In this document: positions 55,888-64,000 of the stretch, one piece after another | Numbering within the stretch: position 1 is the first letter of the stretch | How the letters are laid out: each line of letters opens with the position of its first letter | Assembly (NCBI GenBank): GCA_965202805.1 | Contig: OZ241869.1 | Location: 2,016,001 to 2,080,000, forward strand | DNA from: Longimicrobiales bacterium | GTDB taxonomy: Bacteria; Gemmatimonadota; Gemmatimonadetes; Longimicrobiales; Gaopeijiaceae | Direction: 5' to 3' | Length of the DNA: 64,000 nucleotides | The notes under the pieces: model-generated | What the model was told of the DNA's origin: nothing | Database searches by the model: none | The model's input: the letters and a program-made list of their open reading frames with translations, nothing else | Made by a program: the position numbers and the translations under genes

Positions 55888-57054
55888 CTACCAACCCTTC
55901 GGGGTGATGCCGGCCGCCAGCGTCCCGATCTCCGCCACCGGAAGTACCGAGATCCGGTCGTCGAGCGCGTACTCCTCATTGCCCGGATACACGACCCACA
56001 GATGCTCCAACCCGAGATCCTCCAGCGCCACCCGCATCGACCGCGTGGTTCCGGGGGCGTCCGCGAACTTGCACTCGAAACCGTATCGCTTCCCTCCCCG
56101 GAGAACGAGAAGATCGAGTTCGGCGCCGGCGTGGGTAGCCCAGTAGTACGCGTCGCGCGTCTCCAGCGCGCCAACCAGCTGCTCGACCACGAATCCCTCG
56201 AACGAGGCCCCGACTTTGGGGTGACCCAGCAACTGATCTTCTCCCGGAATGCCGAGCAGGGTGTGCAGAAGGCCCGTGTCACGGACGTACACCTTCGGCG
56301 CTTTCACCTGGCGCTTCTTCAGATTCTCGAACCAGGGCGGCAGCACGCGCAGCATGAAGGCGCCCGCCAGGATGTCGAGATAGCGTCGGGCGGTGCCTCC
56401 GCTCGATCCCAGCGCCCGTGCGAACTCCGCGGCGTTCCAGGTCTGCCCGTGGTAGTGCGCGATCATCGTCCAGAAGCGCCGCAGGCTCTCGGCCGGAATG
56501 GTGATGCCAAGCTGCGGGATGTCCCGCTCCAGAAACGTGCGCACGAAGTTGCGCCTCCAGAGCGATGACGCCCGGGTGCTGCGCGCGAGGAACGCGCGCG
56601 GGAAGCCGCCACGGCCCCAGAGAGTTCGCCAGGCATCGGTTCCCGTTTCATTCAGGCCGAAACCGCCCAGGTCGACGAGCCCGACGCGCCCGGCGAGTGA
56701 CTCCGATACGCCCTTCACCAGCTCCGGGGATGCGCTGCCCAGCAAGAGGAAACGCGCGTCGCTGCCGGGACGGTCCACCAGCACGCGCAGGGTTTCGAAG
56801 AGCGCCGGCATTCGCTGGACTTCGTCGATGATCACCAACCCACGCAGTCGGTCCAGAGTCTGTTCAGGCGTGGCCAGGCGCTGCCGGTCGACGGCGGCTT
56901 CCAGATCGAACCAGGTGCTTCCCCGGGAGTCGGCGGCGATTTGCCGGGCAAGCGTCGTTTTGCCACACTGGCGGGGACCGGTCAGCGCGGCGCAGGGATG
57001 CACTTCCAGGGCTTCGTGGATGTGCTTGGCGGGTGTCGGGCGATCAATCAGCAT
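55888..57054 (-). CDS. AAA+ ATPase with DUF4143 domain
   Basis: 'GPRQCGKTT', 'IIDEVQ', 'LGSAS', 'ESLAGR', 'GGFP', 'K.PK.Y.RDTGL', 'ELD......ECK'. Confidence 0.9.
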   Translation of the reverse strand: MLIDRPTPAKHIHEALEVHPCAALTGPRQCGKTTLARQIAADSRGSTWFDLEAAVDRQRLATPEQTLDRLRGLVIIDEVQRMPALFETLRVLVDRPGSDARFLLLGSASPELVKGVSESLAGRVGLVDLGGFGLNETGTDAWRTLWGRGGFPRAFLARSTRASSLWRRNFVRTFLERDIPQLGITIPAESLRRFWTMIAHYHGQTWNAAEFARALGSSGGTARRYLDILAGAFMLRVLPPWFENLKKRQVKAPKVYVRDTGLLHTLLGIPGEDQLLGHPKVGASFEGFVVEQLVGALETRDAYYWATHAGAELDLLVLRGGKRYGFECKFADAPGTTRSMRVALEDLGLEHLWVVYPGNEEYALDDRISVLPVAEIGTLAAGITPKGW

Positions 57055-57066
57055 CACCCACAATAT

Positions 57067-57105
57067 TCCTTGCAAATCCGCAGTGCAAGTGAGGATTTTC
57101 AAGGA
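57067..57105. promoter_or_regulatory. 13-bp inverted repeat (13-nt spacer) upstream of the AAA-DUF4143 gene
   Basis: TCCTTGCAAATCC / GGATTTTCAAGGA, one mismatch. Confidence 0.6.
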
Positions 57106-57123
57106 TTGTTGGAGCGATGTCGC

Positions 57124-58446
57124 CTATCCCGCCCCCGACGGCCTCCGCAGCACGCCCGCGAACAGGATCGCGCTCGACTCGCGCTCCCGGATCAGGTAGG
57201 CGAAGGGCCGGTCGGCGATCACCGACGGGGGAAGGCTCGTGACCCCGATCCCCACCGAGGTGGAGCCAGCCGCCTCCGCGCCCTCCTCGGACACCTCGAC
57301 GAAGGTCCTCTGCTTCACTTCGGAGATGTAGAGCGGAGGAGGAGTCGCGGAGATGCCCGTGAAGTCGGCGACGTTTGGCATGAAGGGGTCCGTCATGCCG
57401 AGCGACTGGAGCGTCTCCTTCAGGCTCTTGTCGTATTCGACGCGGAACCTGGGGAGCACCACCCGCACCCTTCTCGTGGTCAGCTTGTCGAGGATGCTCT
57501 CCCAGCGCGTCTCATCCATCGACCCGATCTCGTCGTCGATGTTGCTCCCGTCTGCGGGGACCAGGACCGTCATCGCGAAGGCCCCCTCGCCGAAAGGCAG
57601 GTCCACGATCTGCAGGCTGCCGTCTCGGCCGTGGGGGAATTCGCGGGTCTGGTCCATCATCGGGATCGACTCGGACTCGCCTTCAGCGATGTGGAAAGGG
57701 GCATCGGTCGTCTTCTCGGGATCGAACGCGTACTGCCATGGACCCCTGAAGTAGACCGCGTTGATGAGGAAGAGCACCGTGCGGCTGTCGATGGGCGGCT
57801 CGATGATGCTCTCGATGCGTCCGTTCGTCTTCTCCGAGACCCATTGGTTCATGGTGTCGGCCGCCGAGGCGTTGGAGAAGTCGAGCCCGGCGACCGTGGC
57901 ATCGAAGAACGCGCGCACCGTGTTCAGGAAGGTCGGCTCGACCTCGAATCCGTGCCGATACCACGCGGAGTTGGCGATCTGCGTGTTCACGGTTGAGTCC
58001 GCCATCGGCAGATTCGTCATGAGGCCGCGATAGCCGTTGTTGATGGTGTCTACCGCGACATCCGCGAACCCGAGCGTGGCCTGCATCTGATCGTACGTGG
58101 CGCCGCGGGCTCCGTTGAGCGCCATCCCGAGGGCCATGGAGGCGCTGAGCGGCGAGACGAGGACGTTCTCTTCCGGATCGGCGGCCATCGCGGCGGCGAG
58201 CAGATCCCGGGCGAAGAGGTTGCTCTTCTCGACGACTGCGGCCTCCGCCGAGGCCGAGCGCGGCGGGACGATGATCGAGTCGCCCGGGCCGGGGTCCGGG
58301 GGCTCGGGGATCGCGGGCTCGGCGGGACCGGGGTCGAGCGGGTCATCCGAGCAGGCCGGTGTCAGGATGACCGTCAGCCCGATCGCAAGGGCCAGCGCGG
58401 TGCGCGCCGTCGACGGAACGCGGGTCATGGAGGTAGCCGACTCCAT
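57124..58446 (-). CDS. Serpin-family lipoprotein
   Basis: 'N...SPLS...ALGM...GA.G.T', 'NAVYF.G.W...F', 'LPRF', hinge 'EEGAEAAGST', 'DRPF'; lipobox TPAC. Confidence 0.92.
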   Translation of the reverse strand: MESATSMTRVPSTARTALALAIGLTVILTPACSDDPLDPGPAEPAIPEPPDPGPGDSIIVPPRSASAEAAVVEKSNLFARDLLAAAMAADPEENVLVSPLSASMALGMALNGARGATYDQMQATLGFADVAVDTINNGYRGLMTNLPMADSTVNTQIANSAWYRHGFEVEPTFLNTVRAFFDATVAGLDFSNASAADTMNQWVSEKTNGRIESIIEPPIDSRTVLFLINAVYFRGPWQYAFDPEKTTDAPFHIAEGESESIPMMDQTREFPHGRDGSLQIVDLPFGEGAFAMTVLVPADGSNIDDEIGSMDETRWESILDKLTTRRVRVVLPRFRVEYDKSLKETLQSLGMTDPFMPNVADFTGISATPPPLYISEVKQRTFVEVSEEGAEAAGSTSVGIGVTSLPPSVIADRPFAYLIRERESSAILFAGVLRRPSGAG

Positions 58447-58641
58447 CCAAAGGTGTTGCTGTCACCGTCCGCGAGAACGAATGGGCTGGCGAGAATGTGA
58501 CGCCTGATCTGCGACCCGGTCCAGTCACGCAGCCGACCAGGCGTGTTTCTCCCCGCGCGAAGTGGGCGGCGGGGCGTTAAGCTCGACTACCTCCGGGCCG
58601 GTTCCCCAGCGCGTTTCACGGCTGTCGGGAGGAGCGACTCC

Positions 58642-61047
58642 ATGAGCATGAGGACTCCGATGAACGCCATCGTCCGTCTTGCGTTCGTGGCCGCAATGGC
58701 TTTGCCGACCGCGGCCACCGCAATTCCCCAGCAGACTCCGCCTGACGATCCCCCCGGGGCTCTTCCCTACGACCTCGCCTTCGGGATGGCGGCTTTCCTC
58801 TGGGACACGCAGTTCGCGGTCTCGGCCGACGGGCGCTTCGTCGCGTACGAGGTGCGGGTTCCTCCCGCCGACACCACGGCCAACCTGGACGAGCGCTACC
58901 AGCCCGATGGGACGCCGAGTTCGATGGTTGGGGCGGCGATCCGATACACGGAGATGGCCACGAAACGCACCGTCGAGGTATGCCCGGGGGGCGCGTGCTG
59001 GCGGCCGGTGTGGTCCCCGGACGGCACGGCGATCGCGTTCTTCTCGGACGGCGACGGCCTGCCGCAGCTGTGGGTGCACGATGTCGCGGCGGGCACATCG
59101 CGCAAGCTCTCCGATGAACCGGTGAAGCCGAAGCTGTGGCACGGCGACGAGCCCCGCTGGAGTCCGGACGGCTCCACGCTGTACGTCGGGTTTGCTCCCG
59201 AGGGGCGGTTCCGCAACCCGGTGCGGCCGGCGGAAGTCCGTGCGGACAATCCGGCGGGCGTGGTCGTACTGCGCAGCGGGAGCGAAACGGCGGCGGCTCC
59301 GGATGCCGACGGGCCGCCCCCCACGCCGATGACCGACCACTACGCGCGCGAGCACCTCGTGGCGGTGAAGGCCATCGATGTCGCCAGCGGGGAAACACGC
59401 GTGCTCGTCCCGCAAGACGCGGAGATCCCTGCCGGAACCCTGCGCCGCTCGGCATCCGGCAGATGGCTGGGATATCTCTCGACCTTCCGGCCGGAAAGCG
59501 ACACGACCCAGTCGACCGTGATGGACGTCGCGGTCGTGTCGGCTGCCGGCGGCGATCCCAATACCGTCGTGCGCAACGTCCCGCTCACCCGGGGCGACTA
59601 CTTCGGCGGCAGCTACGTCTGGCATCCGTCGCACGATCGGCTGATGTACCTGGACGGCAAGCGCATGCACCTGCTCGACCTCCGCTCCGGGTCGCCCGCC
59701 GACCCAGTGCCCCTCGCCCCCGCGCTGGGCGATGTCGCGCCGACCGTCTTCGCATTCACCCGCGACGGGCGGGCCGCGGTCATGGGCGTGGACATCGTCG
59801 ACGACCAGAACTACGGCGACCCGCGCCCACGCTCACTCGCGGTCGTGCCCCTGGACGGCGGCACGCCGACGACCTACGCGATCGACGACGAGCGCTGGAC
59901 GTACGACCAGCTCCTGAAGGCCGACGAGCGGACCGTGTGGCAGCCGGACGGCGCCTCGATCTCCGTCCTCCTCACCGAGCGCTCGACCGGCGACAAGGCG
60001 GTGGTCCGTTACGACGCGGCCACCCCCGACGGCCAGGTGCTGTGGAAGTCCCGGGCGAAGCTCGTCAATCTCACGTCCGGCGGCAGCCACGACTTCATCG
60101 TGGGCCAGTACGAGGACATGCACACGCCCGCGAACATCTTCCGCTTCAACGCGGACTTCTCATCCCGCGAGCGCATCTCCCACATCGATCCGCGCCTGGA
60201 CAACGTCGAGGCCGGCAGCGCGGAGGTTTTCGAGACCAGGGTTCCGCTCCACGACGGCACGCTCGCAACCGTCAAGACGGCCGTGCTGCTCCCGCCCGGG
60301 GCCGAGCGGGGCGACCGCCTGCCAGCCATCGTGACCATGTACCCGGGGGGCGACGTGACCCGCCGGGCCGCCGACTTCGGGGGCGGGAGCGTGTTCACGG
60401 TGCCCAACCTGATCTTCACCAGCCGGGGCTACGCGGTGGTGCTGTGCGACCTGACGCTCGGTCCCAACGAGCAGGCCGGCAACCCGATCCGCGACATGGT
60501 CGACGTGCTGCTGCCCCAGGTCTACCGGGCCGCCGAGCTCGGCTACGTCGACCTGAACCGCCTGGCGATCACGGGTCAGTCGTACGGCGGCTACGGCACC
60601 GGCTCGATCATCACGCGCACCAACATCTTCCGCGCCGCGGTGCCCATCTCCGGCATCTTCGATCTGTTCGGCACCTACGGGCGCATCGACGTCGACGGCG
60701 GCGGGTTCTTCCTGGCCTGGAGCGAGGGCGGACAGGCGCGCATGGGGACGCATCCGTGGGCGGACGTGCGCCGCTATCTGGACAACTCCCCCTACTACAA
60801 CGCGGACAAGATCTCCACCCCGGTGCTGATCGTGCATGGCACCGCGGACATGGCCTACCACGACGCCGGCAAGCTCTTCAGCGCCCTCCGGCGGCTGGGC
60901 AAGCCGGCACAGCTCGCCTCGTACCTGGATCAGGGCCACGTCATCTCGTCCTGGAAGCGGGAGAGCGCGGTCGACGCGGCCCGTCGCATGGTGGAGTTCT
61001 ACCGGCGGCACCTGGGAGAGCCGGAATCGAGCCCCGCCATCCCTTGA
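58642..61047 (+). CDS. S9-family (prolyl oligopeptidase/acylaminoacyl) peptidase with PD40 propeller
   Basis: 'WSPDG' repeats, 'GQSYGG', 'HGTAD', 'GH'. Confidence 0.88.
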   Translation: MSMRTPMNAIVRLAFVAAMALPTAATAIPQQTPPDDPPGALPYDLAFGMAAFLWDTQFAVSADGRFVAYEVRVPPADTTANLDERYQPDGTPSSMVGAAIRYTEMATKRTVEVCPGGACWRPVWSPDGTAIAFFSDGDGLPQLWVHDVAAGTSRKLSDEPVKPKLWHGDEPRWSPDGSTLYVGFAPEGRFRNPVRPAEVRADNPAGVVVLRSGSETAAAPDADGPPPTPMTDHYAREHLVAVKAIDVASGETRVLVPQDAEIPAGTLRRSASGRWLGYLSTFRPESDTTQSTVMDVAVVSAAGGDPNTVVRNVPLTRGDYFGGSYVWHPSHDRLMYLDGKRMHLLDLRSGSPADPVPLAPALGDVAPTVFAFTRDGRAAVMGVDIVDDQNYGDPRPRSLAVVPLDGGTPTTYAIDDERWTYDQLLKADERTVWQPDGASISVLLTERSTGDKAVVRYDAATPDGQVLWKSRAKLVNLTSGGSHDFIVGQYEDMHTPANIFRFNADFSSRERISHIDPRLDNVEAGSAEVFETRVPLHDGTLATVKTAVLLPPGAERGDRLPAIVTMYPGGDVTRRAADFGGGSVFTVPNLIFTSRGYAVVLCDLTLGPNEQAGNPIRDMVDVLLPQVYRAAELGYVDLNRLAITGQSYGGYGTGSIITRTNIFRAAVPISGIFDLFGTYGRIDVDGGGFFLAWSEGGQARMGTHPWADVRRYLDNSPYYNADKISTPVLIVHGTADMAYHDAGKLFSALRRLGKPAQLASYLDQGHVISSWKRESAVDAARRMVEFYRRHLGEPESSPAIP

Positions 61048-61114
61048 TTCCAGCCCGGATCGCATCCTTCTTTCCCAACAGGACCACCACCTCCAACTCA
61101 ACCCGGGACCACTC

Positions 61115-61543
61115 ATGCAGCTCGGCGCCTTCTCCGTCAGCCTCTCGGTCGAGGATCTCGAAGCCTCCAGGTCCTTCTACGAGAAGCTCGGGTTCCGGCA
61201 GACCGGCGGCGGCGGCACCGGATACCTGATCATGGTCAACGACACCACGATCATCGGCCTCTTCCACGGGATGTTCGAGGGCAACATCCTCACCTTCAAT
61301 CCCGGGCTGGCGCAGGACATGTCGCGCCCGGAGATCTTCACCGACGTGCGCGAGATCCGCGCGTCGCTGGTGGCGGATGGCGTGGAGATGTCGACCGATA
61401 CGGACCCGGACGGCACGGGGCCGGCGCACATCGTGGTGGTGGACCCCGACGGCAACCCGGTGCTGATCGACCAGTTCTTCCCCAGGCCGGGGAGCGAGGG
61501 GGATGAGGCACGCTCCGAAGATGATCCCGGCAGGAAACCTTGA
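61115..61543 (+). CDS. VOC/glyoxalase-family protein
   Basis: '[13 protein letters not shown]', 'DPDGN'. Confidence 0.85.
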   Translation: MQLGAFSVSLSVEDLEASRSFYEKLGFRQTGGGGTGYLIMVNDTTIIGLFHGMFEGNILTFNPGLAQDMSRPEIFTDVREIRASLVADGVEMSTDTDPDGTGPAHIVVVDPDGNPVLIDQFFPRPGSEGDEARSEDDPGRKP

Positions 61544-61761
61544 GCCGAACCGAAGTCCAGCGCACCATCGCGGCGCCTCCCCCGTAACGATCCCGTCGCG
61601 AATCGCCTGATTCCCCTCCCGGGCCTCGATGCGCGGGCACCGGGGTTTGCATCGTTGTTCGAGCGCATCCAGCTTTGGGGGCTTAAGGTTCGGGACCACG
61701 ATACGCGGACGGATCCCGCGGAGAGCAGCGAACCCTTCGACCCTCTCAGAGACGCACATCC

Positions 61762-64000
<2,239 letters not shown>

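Overview
High-GC bacterial window. The gene content suggests a Gemmatimonadota-like, possibly marine or host-associated organism (inference only). The left half (1-29.9 kb) holds the 3' part of a giant repeat surface protein, then an integrative conjugative element (ICE): Cro/AlpA regulator, virB2-B3-B4-B9-B10-[virB5/trbJ-like]-B6-B8, coupling protein, virB11, ArdC, two wHTH proteins (one with a Replic_Relax/MOBC-like PD-(D/E)XK motif), xis and a tyrosine integrase. The ICE ends directly upstream of a tRNA-Ile(GAT). Its virB5/trbJ-like gene is split in frame by a nested 8,653-bp integrative mobilizable element (IME), bounded by an AACGGCAACCTnTC direct repeat at 10840 and 19493. The IME carries AlpA, a structured-leader + DUF3800 unit, a ColE1-like mbeC/A/B/D module, a BcgI-like two-subunit restriction-modification system and a P4-type integrase. 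Excision would restore a 298-aa gene, suggesting a satellite that gates its host's conjugation. The right half (30-64 kb) is mostly chromosomal metabolism and transport: a Fur-boxed HhH-lipoprotein/PepSY pair, PQQ dehydrogenase, reductive-dehalogenase-like protein, NCS2, GltS and SSS transporters, a galK cluster, a decayed Fic gene, an AAA-DUF4143 ATPase, a serpin, an S9 peptidase and maeB. All product calls come from motif recognition by eye; no database searches were run.
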